In this document: positions 31,310-40,998 of the stretch, in pieces | Layout: each line of letters begins with the position of its first letter | Numbering within the stretch: position 1 is the first letter of the stretch | Origin: Polyangiales bacterium | Lineage (GTDB): Bacteria; Myxococcota_A; Polyangia; Polyangiales; Ga0077539 | Direction: 5' to 3' | Assembly (NCBI GenBank): GCA_044229975.1 | Contig: JBGARZ010000004.1 | Coordinates: forward strand, 160,001-224,000 | DNA: 64,000 bases | The notes under the pieces: generated by a model | Databases searched by the model: none | The model's input: only the letters and a program-made list of their open reading frames with translations | Told to the model about the DNA's origin: nothing | Made by a program: the position numbers and the translations under genes

Positions 31310-32356
31310 TCAAAACGCGATCTCGCAGGTCACCGCGGCGCTCCCGCGACCCGTCGCGACGGCGCACCCGCGGAGCCCCGCGTGGGTCGGTGCAGCCCGC
31401 GAGGGAAGCGTCGCGAAGAGCACCGCCGAGGTGACCGCGGCAGCGCCACCGAGCGCGAAGCCCGCCACCGCGATGGCGCCGTCGGTGCCCACCGCCGACT
31501 CGGCCTCGGCGCATCGGGCGAGCGGCGAGGCGGGCAGGCAGTCGTTGTCGGGGTCGGCGTCTTCGTTGCGCGCGTTGAAGGCGTTGGCCTCGGCGTTGCG
31601 CAGACCGAGAGCGACGGCGCCCACCACGATGCCCGCCAGCGCGACGCCGCCAGTGGTCCACGCGAGGATGCGACGGCCCGAGCCGTGGGATGGGACCTCA
31701 CGCGGCGGCGGTGGCGGCAGCACCACCTGCCTCGGAGGCGGCGGTACAACGGGTCCCTCCGTCGGCGGAACAACCGGCGCCGCCACGCGCGGGACCGCCA
31801 CGAGGTCGATCTGCTCGCGGGTGGTCTGCCCGACGGTGAGCGCGGCCTGTCGGGTGACCTCCAGGTAGCCCGCGGCGCCGACCTGGAGGGTGATGGTTCC
31901 GGCCGGGAGGCGCAGGGGTTCGGCGAGGGGCGTGGTGCCGCGGGCGGTGCCGTCGACCCGCACCGTCGCGCCATCGACGTTGCAGCGCAGGTCGAGCCGC
32001 CCGAGGTGGGAGTCGATGGCCGCGAGCGAGCGTTCGAGCACCGCGCGGCGCTCGACGACCCACGGGTCACCCGTCGCGGCGAGGGCTTCGCGCACGAAGC
32101 GATCGGCGTCGGCCCAGCGGCCGAGGGCCTGCGCGGCGAGTCCCATCTGGGCGCGAGCGCGGGGCGTGTGGGAGAGGTTGAAGGCGGCCTCGAAGGTCTC
32201 GAAGGCCTCCTGGTCGTGGCCGTCGCGCCGCATCGCGAGGCCGCGGCGGATCATCTCCTCCACGTCACCGGTCTGCGCGTGGGCGCGCGTCGGGTTGGCG
32301 ATCACCGACGACGCGATGAGCACCGCGAGCGCGACGCCTCGTCGGAGTGGAGTCAT
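31310..32356 (-). CDS. TPR + PEGA domain protein
   Basis: Signal peptide (AHA-Q); TPR helices; PEGA (NVDGATVRVDG...GTTPL...GY); Gly-rich hydrophobic hairpin; ends CEIAF. Confidence 0.88.
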   Translation of the reverse strand: MTPLRRGVALAVLIASSVIANPTRAHAQTGDVEEMIRRGLAMRRDGHDQEAFETFEAAFNLSHTPRARAQMGLAAQALGRWADADRFVREALAATGDPWVVERRAVLERSLAAIDSHLGRLDLRCNVDGATVRVDGTARGTTPLAEPLRLPAGTITLQVGAAGYLEVTRQAALTVGQTTREQIDLVAVPRVAAPVVPPTEGPVVPPPPRQVVLPPPPPREVPSHGSGRRILAWTTGGVALAGIVVGAVALGLRNAEANAFNARNEDADPDNDCLPASPLARCAEAESAVGTDGAIAVAGFALGGAAAVTSAVLFATLPSRAAPTHAGLRGCAVATGRGSAAVTCEIAF

Positions 32357-32603
32357 CTCAGCCGCCAACCATCCTCGTGACTGCAAACATCGCCTTGGGG
32401 CCTCGTGGTCGCCCTCGCCAGGTCGCGGACTCTAGCGCCCGGCGAAGAGACCGCTCAACCAGATTCCCCGGTGGTTGCGCCACCACGCCGCGCTCCGTCA
32501 GGTGCCCTGAGACGGTGTCAGGGCGGTCGCTCGGAGGGTGTCCGAGCGCTCGTCCGAGACCGGCGTGGCCGTCGGCGCCGCCTGACGATTCAGGTGCATT
32601 CAG

Positions 32604-33941
32604 GTGCCTCCCGCGGTCGTCTCGCCGAGGCTCTGCCTGGTGTTGCGAGAGACCACGCCATCACGCCTCGACGCGACCGACCCCGAGCTCGCTCGCCTCG
32701 CCGCCGAGGCCCTCGACGTCGGTGGCGGCTTCCTCCCCACGCGCACGCCCCTGCACGCATTGCCCTCGCCCTTCGCCGCCCACGAGCGCGCGCTCGACGA
32801 GCTCGCGGCGCGCTACCACGCCGAGGGTGCTTCGGTGCGCGCGTGGCTCGACGCGACCTTCGCGACGTGGAGCGACGACCAGGCCCGCGCCCGCGACGCG
32901 CTCGACGACGCCCACGCCGACAAGCTCATGACGGTGGTGAGCTTCCTCGCGCACGCCTACCGCTGGGACAGCGCTCCGCCACGCGCCGACGAGTACGGCC
33001 GCGCCCGCCTCGACCTGCCCATCGGGCTGCGCGCCCCGTGGGAGAGCCTCGCCCGGCGCATGGACGTCCCGCGCGTGGGCAACCTCTACGCGATGCTGCT
33101 GTGCAACTGGCGCATCCCCGGCCGCGGCGGCGGTGAGGTCTACGCGCACGACCAGCTCACGGGCGATCGCATCGAGCTCTTGCACGCGTGGCTGCGCGGA
33201 CCAGAGGCGGAGGAGATTCGCGCCTTCGTGCTGACGGTGATCGAGACCGAGGCGATGGGCGCGGCGGCGGTGCGCTCTTCCCTCGCGCTGATGGACGCCG
33301 CGGCGCGAAGCGATGCGGTCGAGACGATGCATCTACTCGAACGGCTGCGCGACGAGATCGAGCGCTTCGGGGCGCCGTTCAAGCGGTACATCCAGTTGCG
33401 GCGCATGACGCGCGATCACTTCCTCACGCTGGTGCAGCCGACCTTCATCTGGGCCATCGACGAGGGCACCGGCCTGGGCCCATTGGAGGGCGCGAGCGGC
33501 CCGCAGGTCGGGTGCATCCAGGTGGTCGACTCGACGCTCGGGGTCGCGCGCGACACGCGCATGGGGAGGGCGATCCTGCACTCGCGGTCATACATGCCCG
33601 CGCGACACCGACGGTTGCTCGACGCGCTCGACGCGCGCTCGCACCGGGTGCGGGACTTCGTCGCGGGCGCAGGGGACGAGCGGCTCACCGGGCGCTTCAA
33701 CGCGTGCGTCGACGCGATGCGGGCGTGGCGGAGGGTTCATCACCGACGCGGCGCCTGGTACCTCGAAGGGGACACGAAGGGGGCCGCGCCGCACTACACG
33801 TCGACGGGCCTCGTGGTGCAGCTCGGGGAGAACCGGGTGCAGGCGTTCGATGCGGCCATGACGGAGCGCGCCGAGGAGACGGCTCGCGCGGCGATCGGGG
33901 GGTGTCCCTTCGCCGCCGCGTCGATGCGTCGTTGCGGGTGA
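32604..33941 (+). CDS. Indoleamine 2,3-dioxygenase/PrnB-like heme enzyme
   Basis: LAHAYRW, LCNWR, GASGPQ (IDO GGSAGQ), RSYMPARHRRLL, FNACVDAMRAWRRVH (proximal His), TSTG. Start codon uncertain. Confidence 0.82.
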   Translation: MPPAVVSPRLCLVLRETTPSRLDATDPELARLAAEALDVGGGFLPTRTPLHALPSPFAAHERALDELAARYHAEGASVRAWLDATFATWSDDQARARDALDDAHADKLMTVVSFLAHAYRWDSAPPRADEYGRARLDLPIGLRAPWESLARRMDVPRVGNLYAMLLCNWRIPGRGGGEVYAHDQLTGDRIELLHAWLRGPEAEEIRAFVLTVIETEAMGAAAVRSSLALMDAAARSDAVETMHLLERLRDEIERFGAPFKRYIQLRRMTRDHFLTLVQPTFIWAIDEGTGLGPLEGASGPQVGCIQVVDSTLGVARDTRMGRAILHSRSYMPARHRRLLDALDARSHRVRDFVAGAGDERLTGRFNACVDAMRAWRRVHHRRGAWYLEGDTKGAAPHYTSTGLVVQLGENRVQAFDAAMTERAEETARAAIGGCPFAAASMRRCG

Positions 33942-34011
33942 ACTTTTCGCGACCGACCCAAAGGGTGTCTTTCCGCGCCGATCGAAGCGCGGTCGCGCGC
34001 GAGGAGGTCCC

Positions 34012-34560
34012 ATGAGGCGGAGCTGGTGGTGGGCAGGGTTGTCGCTGGTGGTTCTCGGGGGTTGCGCCCACCCGCAGGCGAGACCGCAGGCCCTGCGAGT
34101 TGCGCCTCCCTCGGAGGTGGGCGACGAAGTGACGCCGCCCCACCCGGTGATTCTCTCAGGGCCGTCTCCCTCCGACTGCCCGACGTGGGATGCGCTCGCA
34201 TCGATGACGTTCTCGTCGCTGGAGGGGTGTCCGCCTCCCTCGCCAGGGGAGCGCCCGCCAGGGTCTGTGCGAGCGCCTCTGCCGGCAGGGTCGCTCCCGT
34301 CACGCCCCGACGTGGCGGCCGCGATGCGCGCGTTGGGTCCGCGCATCCGGGCCTGCGGCGATGGTCAACCGTGGCGCGACGTCGACGTCACCATCGTCTT
34401 CGCCAGCGACGGGAGCGTCAGGCGGGTGCGCTTGTGGAGAGGGTTCGGGACGATCCCATTGGGTGAGTGTGTAGCCGCGGTGGCTCGCACCGCCTCGCTG
34501 CCGCCGTTCAGGGTCGACGAGTTCACGGTGACCTTCCCCTTCGCGCTCGGCCCGCGTTAG
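34012..34560 (+). CDS. Lipoprotein with AgmX/PglI (TonB-C-like) C-terminal domain
   Basis: Lipobox LGGC; IRAC...VTIVFASDGSV...ECVA......PPF.....VTFPF. Confidence 0.72.
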   Translation: MRRSWWWAGLSLVVLGGCAHPQARPQALRVAPPSEVGDEVTPPHPVILSGPSPSDCPTWDALASMTFSSLEGCPPPSPGERPPGSVRAPLPAGSLPSRPDVAAAMRALGPRIRACGDGQPWRDVDVTIVFASDGSVRRVRLWRGFGTIPLGECVAAVARTASLPPFRVDEFTVTFPFALGPR

Positions 34561-34579
34561 CGCGGTGTGCGTCCGTGTT

Positions 34580-34922
34580 CGAGGGAGCGGTTGGGGAGAG
34601 CGCCCACTGCGCGGTTGCGGACGGCCCGCACGCGGGCCTGCAACCGCTGAAGTGGGAGCCTGGAGCTGGGCGTCCCGCCTGCGCGGGACTTCCTGCATGT
34701 GCGCCGGTCGCTGGAGCGACCGTCGACAGGGTGAAGGCGGCCACTCCCGAGCCGTTCGGCGAGTTCCTACCTCCACTCGTCGAGCGCAGCGCGCTCGGCG
34801 CTCCGCCGGCAAGTCCCGCGAAGGCGGGACGTCCAGCTCCAGGCTCCCACTTCAGCGGTTGCAGGCCCGCGCGCGGGCCGTCCGCAACCGCGCAGTGGGC
34901 GCTCTCTTCAACCGCTCCCTCG
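34580..34922. repeat. Long inverted repeat (112-bp arms, 119-bp spacer)
   Basis: Arms 34580-34691 and 34811-34922 with 5 mismatches; lies between convergent genes. Confidence 0.9.
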
Positions 34923-35096
34923 CACGGTGATGCCCATCACGCGGGCCACCGCTCCCTCGCACGGTGATGCCCATCACGCGGGCCACCGCTCCCTCGCACG
35001 GTGATGCCCATCACGCGGGCCACCGCTCCCTCGCACGGTGATGCACATCACGCGGGCCACCGCTCCTCCACACAGTGATGCCCGTTCACGCGGGCC
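34911..35096. repeat. 37-bp tandem repeat x5, no spacers
   Basis: ACCGCTCCCTCGCACGGTGATGCCCATCACGCGGGCC at 34911, 34948, 34985, 35022, degenerate at 35059. Confidence 0.92.
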
Positions 35097-35112
35097 ACTG
35101 CTTCCCCTTCGC

Positions 35113-37494
35113 TCACGCACGCGGTCGGCCCCGGCGCACCGCGGGCGTCCCGATCGAACCACGCACCGTGGTCCCCCGCACGAGCCCCGCGACGCTGTAC
35201 CCGAAGCCGGCGCTCCCGGGCGTCACGACCATCACCGTCGGCGCGACCGCGCTCATGCCATCGGCCCACAGGCTCGCGTCGCCGAAGTACACCTTCACCG
35301 TGCTGTTGGTGTCGCCGAGGTGGGGGATCGCCAGCGCGAAGTCACCCATGCCGTCGTCGTCGTAGTCGCCGACGCCCGCGATGGTCGAGGCCCACGTCGT
35401 CTCGCCGCTCGGCGCGAAGAGCGTGCGCTGCTCGGTCAGCACCGGCGCGGTCGACGACGTCGCGAGCGGCGCGCGCAGCACGATCATGCAGGCGCCGACG
35501 TATGCGAGGCCCACCTCGTCGCCGCCGTCGCCGTTGATGTCGCCCAGGTTGGCCACGCGCCGCTCGGCGCTGAAGGCCCCCGGCGTGCACGGCGACGGGT
35601 CCGTGAAGACGCTCGACGCCGCGATGCCCGTGACGCCGCCGTAGTACACGCGCAGGCCCGCGTCGCCCGCCACCACCACGTCGCTGAAGCCGTCGCCGTT
35701 GATGTCGCCGCCGCCCGTGACCGACGCGCCGAAGCCCACCGTCGACGAGAGCCCGCTCGCGCCGAGCGTCACCCTCACGAACGACGCCACGCCCGACACG
35801 TCCGACGCGAGGTAGAGGTCGGCGTCGCCGCGTGACCCGTGGCCGACGACGAAGTCGCCGCGGCCGTCGCCGTTGAAGTCGCCCGCCGTCGAGAGGCTCA
35901 TCGCCGGGTCGGGGCCCGCCACGGTGGGCGCGAGCTCGACGAAGCGGCCCTCGCGCGCACCGGTATACCCGCGGTAGACGCGCAGCACGCCCGTCGCGGG
36001 GAAGCCCACCACGAACTCCCCGATGCCGTCGCGGTTGGAGTCCATCACCGGCGCCATGCGGAGCGCGTCGGTGGTCGCGGCACCCGCCGTCGAGGGGACG
36101 AGCTCGGGGGTGCGGTCGCTGGAGGTGGTGGTCCCGAGGACGACGTAGACGCCGCTCGATCCGCCGCGGTCACCCGGAAAGCCGGTCGCGAGGCCGAAGT
36201 CTTCGAGGCCGTCGGCGTTGATGTCGCCGAGGCGCGCGGCGCGGCCGAAGTCGAGGCTGGGCTCGGTCACGAACACGAACTGTTCTGCGACGTGAGAGAA
36301 CGGCCGGCCGAGGATGATCGTCGCGCCGTGGGAGGCGCCCGAGCGCGCGTTGACCACGAGGAGGTCGGCGCCCCCGTTGCCGTCGAAGTCTCCCGCCTGG
36401 CCGATGGCGCGGGAGAGCGGCGCGCCCGTGATCGGTCGCATCGGCTGGTTGGCGCGCAGGCGGAAGGGCCACGCCACCGAGCGGATGGTGGCGGGCGCGA
36501 GGACGAGCTTCATGCGCCACCAGAGCGTGTGCCGCGAGCCGATGGGTCCGCCCGAGGCGACGAGCTCGTCGGCGTTGACGGAGGAGAGACGCCAGGTGGT
36601 GACGCCGCCGACGGCCGCGGACGTGGTCACCGGGAGGGTCACCGTCTGCGCCGCGACGAACTCAGAGCTCGGGCTGATCTCGATGAAGGCCGAGACGCCC
36701 GCGGGCACGTCCGTCCCGTGCACCTCGAAGGCGAGGAGCCGCGAGTTGGTGGTCGCTCCCGCCGTGGGCAGGATGAGCTGCGGGGTCGGGAGCGTTCCGG
36801 CGTCGGCGGAGGCATCGACGACATCGGGGACATCGAGCGGCGAAGAGGCATCGACCACGTCGGGCACATCGGGTACGTCGGGCACGTCGAGCGGGGTCGA
36901 GGCATCGACCACATCGGGCACATCGGGCACATCGACCACGTCGGGCGCGTCGAGGCGCGCGACCTCGGACAGCCCGGAGGCGTCGACGGTGGTCAGCCCG
37001 GTGATGTCGGGGAGCGACACGAGCTGGTCGTTGCGACACGTGCCTTCGATGCACGTCTCGTTGGGCGCGCACGTTTCGCTGACACCGAGGCAGGCGCGCT
37101 CCAGGAACATCGTCAGCAGCAGCTTGCGATCGGGGACGAAGCCCACGAGCGCGGAACGTTCGATGTGCCGGTTGGTGCCGACGGTGTCGGCCGTCACGAT
37201 GACCCGCACGCGGCGGCTGGCGTCGCCGTCGACGGGGACGAGCCCGAAGCTGATGGGCAGCGCGTAGGACGCCGGCCGGGGGTTGGCCGACAGGCGGAAG
37301 CTGCGGTCGTCGTAGACGTTCTGGCTCGACGGGTCGTACATCTGGACGTGGATGTTGTTGAGCTCGCCGGGGACCAGCAGGTCGCTGTCGATGAGCACCA
37401 GGAGCTGCGTGGCGGGCACCTCGCGGCAGCTCGCCGTCGAGCCCACGACGCACGCCAGCAGCAACGCCCACAGCTTCGAGCTTCGCGTCACCAT
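35113..37494 (-). CDS. Lipoprotein: conserved N-terminal beta domain + DVP linker + FG-GAP (integrin-like) propeller
   Basis: Lipobox TASC; TQLLVLIDSDL domain; multiple GD(F/I)NGDG repeats; overlaps the stop of the upstream TPR-PEGA gene. Confidence 0.87.
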   Translation of the reverse strand: MVTRSSKLWALLLACVVGSTASCREVPATQLLVLIDSDLLVPGELNNIHVQMYDPSSQNVYDDRSFRLSANPRPASYALPISFGLVPVDGDASRRVRVIVTADTVGTNRHIERSALVGFVPDRKLLLTMFLERACLGVSETCAPNETCIEGTCRNDQLVSLPDITGLTTVDASGLSEVARLDAPDVVDVPDVPDVVDASTPLDVPDVPDVPDVVDASSPLDVPDVVDASADAGTLPTPQLILPTAGATTNSRLLAFEVHGTDVPAGVSAFIEISPSSEFVAAQTVTLPVTTSAAVGGVTTWRLSSVNADELVASGGPIGSRHTLWWRMKLVLAPATIRSVAWPFRLRANQPMRPITGAPLSRAIGQAGDFDGNGGADLLVVNARSGASHGATIILGRPFSHVAEQFVFVTEPSLDFGRAARLGDINADGLEDFGLATGFPGDRGGSSGVYVVLGTTTSSDRTPELVPSTAGAATTDALRMAPVMDSNRDGIGEFVVGFPATGVLRVYRGYTGAREGRFVELAPTVAGPDPAMSLSTAGDFNGDGRGDFVVGHGSRGDADLYLASDVSGVASFVRVTLGASGLSSTVGFGASVTGGGDINGDGFSDVVVAGDAGLRVYYGGVTGIAASSVFTDPSPCTPGAFSAERRVANLGDINGDGGDEVGLAYVGACMIVLRAPLATSSTAPVLTEQRTLFAPSGETTWASTIAGVGDYDDDGMGDFALAIPHLGDTNSTVKVYFGDASLWADGMSAVAPTVMVVTPGSAGFGYSVAGLVRGTTVRGSIGTPAVRRGRPRA

Positions 37495-38420
37495 CGCACC
37501 ATCGCTCCCTGGAGCACCTGCTGCGTGCTCCCTCCGTCCGGCGCCGCGCTTCGCTCGATGAGCAGCGCGGCCACCACGCCGCCGATCACCGCGAGCCCGA
37601 CGCCGCCCCACAACCACGGGCTCTGGAACCACGGCGTTCGCGCCGACGACAGCGCCACCTCGACCCGCAGGTCACCGCCCGCGACGACGGTCACGGGGCG
37701 GCGGAAGGTGCGGTAGCCGTCCGCCTCGACGCGCACCCGGTGGGGCCCTGGAGCGCCTTGCCAGACGGTGGTGCCGTGGCCCACGACCTCGTCGTCGATG
37801 CTGACGGTGGCCTCGCGCTGATCGACGTTGACCGCGATGCGCCCTGGCACCACCGCGAGGTCGACGCGCCACTGCACGCTCTTGCCCGACTGCATGCCGA
37901 CGGAGAAGTGCTGCGTCGCGAGGCCGGGAGAGGAGACCTCGATCTCCCAGGTTCCGGGGTCGAGGTCGAGCTCGCGGATGGGCTGGTCGCGGCCGTCGGC
38001 GAAGACCGTTCCGCTGACGCGCACCTCCGCGCTGGCCGGCGCCACCACGAGGCGCAGGTGCGAGAGCGAGCGGTCCACCTCGGCTTCGAGTGCGTTGGCG
38101 TCGGCCACGAGGTCGGCCTCGGCGGTCACGCCGGGCATGGCGATGCACTCGCGCAAAACGGCGCGGGCTTCGCGAAAGCGCCCCATGCGGCGCAGCGCGA
38201 GGCCGGCGTTGAAGGCGGTGCGCGGTCGGTCCGCGTGTCGACGCGACTCCGTGAAGGCCTGGAGGGCTTCGCTCCAGTGTTCCTGCTGGGCGAGCAGAAC
38301 GCCGCGCTGGAAGTTGGCGCGGGCGAGCTCGACCGGGGTGGCGGTCTGCGCGTGGAGGGCGCCGACCCGGACCAGCAGCGCGAGGCAGAGCGTGACGACG
38401 GAGGCGCGGGCAGAGGGCAT
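37488..38420 (-). CDS. TPR + tandem PEGA domain protein with C-terminal TM helix
   Basis: Signal peptide; FQRG...WSEAL.AF..S...FNAG TPR; two PEGA repeats; PWFQSPWLWGGVG TM anchor. Confidence 0.88.
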   Translation of the reverse strand: MPSARASVVTLCLALLVRVGALHAQTATPVELARANFQRGVLLAQQEHWSEALQAFTESRRHADRPRTAFNAGLALRRMGRFREARAVLRECIAMPGVTAEADLVADANALEAEVDRSLSHLRLVVAPASAEVRVSGTVFADGRDQPIRELDLDPGTWEIEVSSPGLATQHFSVGMQSGKSVQWRVDLAVVPGRIAVNVDQREATVSIDDEVVGHGTTVWQGAPGPHRVRVEADGYRTFRRPVTVVAGGDLRVEVALSSARTPWFQSPWLWGGVGLAVIGGVVAALLIERSAAPDGGSTQQVLQGAMVRW

Positions 38421-38442
38421 CACGACACGATCGGCCTACGGG

Positions 38443-39948
38443 TTAGGGGGACCAGGTTGTACGAAGGAGATCGCGCTGCGCCGGTGTAGTGGGCGGCGCA
38501 GCGGGCGTCGGAGCGGCGACCGGCGGAGCAGCAGGCGGCGGCGTGACGACCGCGACGGGTGTCGCGGCGGCGACGGCGGGCGCGTGATGCGAGGAGCCAC
38601 GGCGCACTCGGGTAGGACGCGTCGTGAGCGCGGGCGACTCCGGAGCGACGGGCGCAACGACCACGGGTGCCGCGACGACGGGGAGCGCCGCGTTGGCCTG
38701 GGCGACGGGCAACGGGGTGACGGCGGCGGCCGCGGGGCGCGCGGTGACGGGCGACGGGACGGGTTCGCGGCGTGAACCGACGAGTACGACCGACGCGGCC
38801 GCGACGCAGGCGGCGAGCGTGGCGCCGACGAGCCACGGGCGACGCGGCGGGGCGGCGGAGACGCGGCTCGCGACGACGACGGGCTCTGGCGTGGGGAGGT
38901 CGGGTCGCATCGTGGCGACGTTGGTGTCGCCGAGGCCGCCGGGGTCGGTGGGGGCGAGGGCGGAGAGGGTGACGCCGTCGGGCGGGGACACGTCGGGGTC
39001 GGTGGCCGCGAGGCTGCCGCGCACGCGCTGGAGGGCGCCGATGGGGGTGCGCTTCGCTTCACCGAGGGCGCGCAGCTCGGGCTCCCAGCGGGCGCGCACG
39101 GGCGGCGACGCCATGGGGAGCAGCGCGTGGGCGAGGGCGCGCAGGTCGGGGAAGCGGTCGTCGGGCGCGCGGGACATGGCGCGGAGGATGGCTTCCTCCA
39201 TGCGGGGGTCGATGTCGGGCGCGCGGTCGGAGGGCGCGGGCGGGTCTTCGAGGAGGATGGCCGAGATCATCTCGAAGATGGACGAACGCTCGAAGGGGAG
39301 CAGGCCCGTGCGGCACTCGTAGAGCGTGACGCCGAGGGAGTACTGGTCGCTGCGCGCGTCGACCTTGTGGGCGCTGCGGGCGGCTTCGGGGGAGAGGTAG
39401 CAGGGCGTCCCGACGAGCACCGAGGAGCTGGTGAGCCGGGCGAGCTTGGGGTCGGTGTGAGCGACGTGGGAGATGCCGAAGTCGACGAGCATGGCGCGGG
39501 TGCCGCCGCGGGCGTTGCGCGCGAGGAAGATGTTGTCGGGTTTGACGTCGCGGTGGATGACGCCGGACTCGTGGGCGAGGGCGAGCGCGTCGCAGACGGG
39601 CAACATCAGGTCGGCGAGCTCGGTGTCGGCGAGGCGCCGCTTGCGGGCGAGGCGGTCGGCGAGCGACTCGCCGTCGAGGTACTCCATCACGAGGTAGGGG
39701 GCGCCCTGGTTGGTCCCGACGTCGGAGACGTCGACGATGTGCTCGTGGCGGATGCGGGCGGCGGCCTCGCCCTCGCGGAGAAAGCGCTGCACCGCGGCCT
39801 GGTCGCGGGCAGCCTCGGGGAGCAGCACCTTGATGGCGACGCGCTTGCGGAGCTGGACGTGCTCGGCCTCGAAGACCGCGCCCATGGCGCCGCGACCGAT
39901 CTCGCGGATCACGCGGTAGCTGTGGAAGGACTCTCCGGGGGTGAGCAT
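38443..39948 (-). CDS. Membrane Ser/Thr kinase with Pro/Ala-rich tail
   Basis: IGRGAMG, VAIK, HRDVKPDN, DFG, GTPCYLSPE; TM segment; tail ends RDLLRTTWSP. Confidence 0.93.
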   Translation of the reverse strand: MLTPGESFHSYRVIREIGRGAMGAVFEAEHVQLRKRVAIKVLLPEAARDQAAVQRFLREGEAAARIRHEHIVDVSDVGTNQGAPYLVMEYLDGESLADRLARKRRLADTELADLMLPVCDALALAHESGVIHRDVKPDNIFLARNARGGTRAMLVDFGISHVAHTDPKLARLTSSSVLVGTPCYLSPEAARSAHKVDARSDQYSLGVTLYECRTGLLPFERSSIFEMISAILLEDPPAPSDRAPDIDPRMEEAILRAMSRAPDDRFPDLRALAHALLPMASPPVRARWEPELRALGEAKRTPIGALQRVRGSLAATDPDVSPPDGVTLSALAPTDPGGLGDTNVATMRPDLPTPEPVVVASRVSAAPPRRPWLVGATLAACVAAASVVLVGSRREPVPSPVTARPAAAAVTPLPVAQANAALPVVAAPVVVAPVAPESPALTTRPTRVRRGSSHHAPAVAAATPVAVVTPPPAAPPVAAPTPAAPPTTPAQRDLLRTTWSP

Positions 39949-39993
39949 CGGCGACGGAGGAGCGTCGCACGACGCGCGAGGGCGCCGTCAACC

Positions 39994-40929
39994 CTACACG
40001 GCGCTACGTCGGGGGCGGGCCGTCAGCGCCCGCTCGATGAGCCCGCGGACGAAGCGCGAGACCGGGTCGTCGTCGGTGATGCGCAGCCAGAGCAGCTCCT
40101 GCGCTGAGCCCGCGAGCGCAAACGGAAGCGCCGTCTGCCGCAGCTTCGGGTGCGTCTTCCGCAGGTAGCGGGCGTGCGGCTCGGGGACCGTCGCGAGCAG
40201 GCTCGACCCCTCCACCACCTCGCCCACATAGCTGAAGGCCGGAACCGACACCCGCACCCGGCGGGTCTTGCCGAGGGCGTCCTCGACGATGCCTCGAACG
40301 TCCCCCGCGTACGACACGATGACGTGCTCGTGGGCGAAGTAGGCCCGCTCGGTGAGGCGCTTGGGGAGCTTCGCGTGGCGCGGGTCGTACACGCAGACGA
40401 AGCCCGCCGTGGCGAAGGGCTTGCGCAGCACCGAGCGCGGCAGCTCGTCGGCCACGCTCAGCGCGAGGTCGACGCGGCGCGAGAGCAGCGCCTCCTCCAC
40501 CGTTCGAAACTGCACCGCCACGATGACCACCACCATGGACGGCGCCTCGGCTCGCAGCCGCGCGAGAATCAGCGGCAGCGCCCACCCCTCGGCGGACTCT
40601 GGTAGCCCGAGGCGGATGGTCGCCGTGGAGGTCGCGGGTTCGAACACCGACGGCGCCGTCACGGCCTCGACCAGCGGGCGCAGGTAGCGGTGCGACGCCG
40701 CGAGCAGCTCCGACCCGCGGGCGGTGAGCGCGATGCCGCGACCCTGTCGCGCGAAGAGCTCGGCGCCGACGAAGTTGGCGAGGCGACGGAGCGCCGCGCT
40801 CACCGCGGGTTGCGTGAGGTAGAGGCGGGCCGCCGCGCGGGTGACGCTGCCCTCCTCCGCGACGACGGCGAAGACCCGCAGGAGGTTGAGGTCGAGGTCC
40901 CTTTCATAGACGGCGTTCATGTCAGGCAT
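39994..40929 (-). CDS. LysR family transcriptional regulator
   Basis: DLNLLRVF..VAEEGSVTRAA.RL.LTQPAVS.AL.RL; divergent from the SDR gene. Confidence 0.95.
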   Translation of the reverse strand: MPDMNAVYERDLDLNLLRVFAVVAEEGSVTRAAARLYLTQPAVSAALRRLANFVGAELFARQGRGIALTARGSELLAASHRYLRPLVEAVTAPSVFEPATSTATIRLGLPESAEGWALPLILARLRAEAPSMVVVIVAVQFRTVEEALLSRRVDLALSVADELPRSVLRKPFATAGFVCVYDPRHAKLPKRLTERAYFAHEHVIVSYAGDVRGIVEDALGKTRRVRVSVPAFSYVGEVVEGSSLLATVPEPHARYLRKTHPKLRQTALPFALAGSAQELLWLRITDDDPVSRFVRGLIERALTARPRRSAV

Positions 40930-40998
40930 GCATCCTATCGCTTGGACTGATCGGTGGTCGACGCCTCATGTTGGGTCGCGAGAGAGGCAGGGAGATCC

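Noticed and set aside
34911..35096. 37-bp repeats with an internal palindrome as a CRISPR array
   Set aside because: Units are directly adjacent with no unique spacers, and there are no cas genes in the window.
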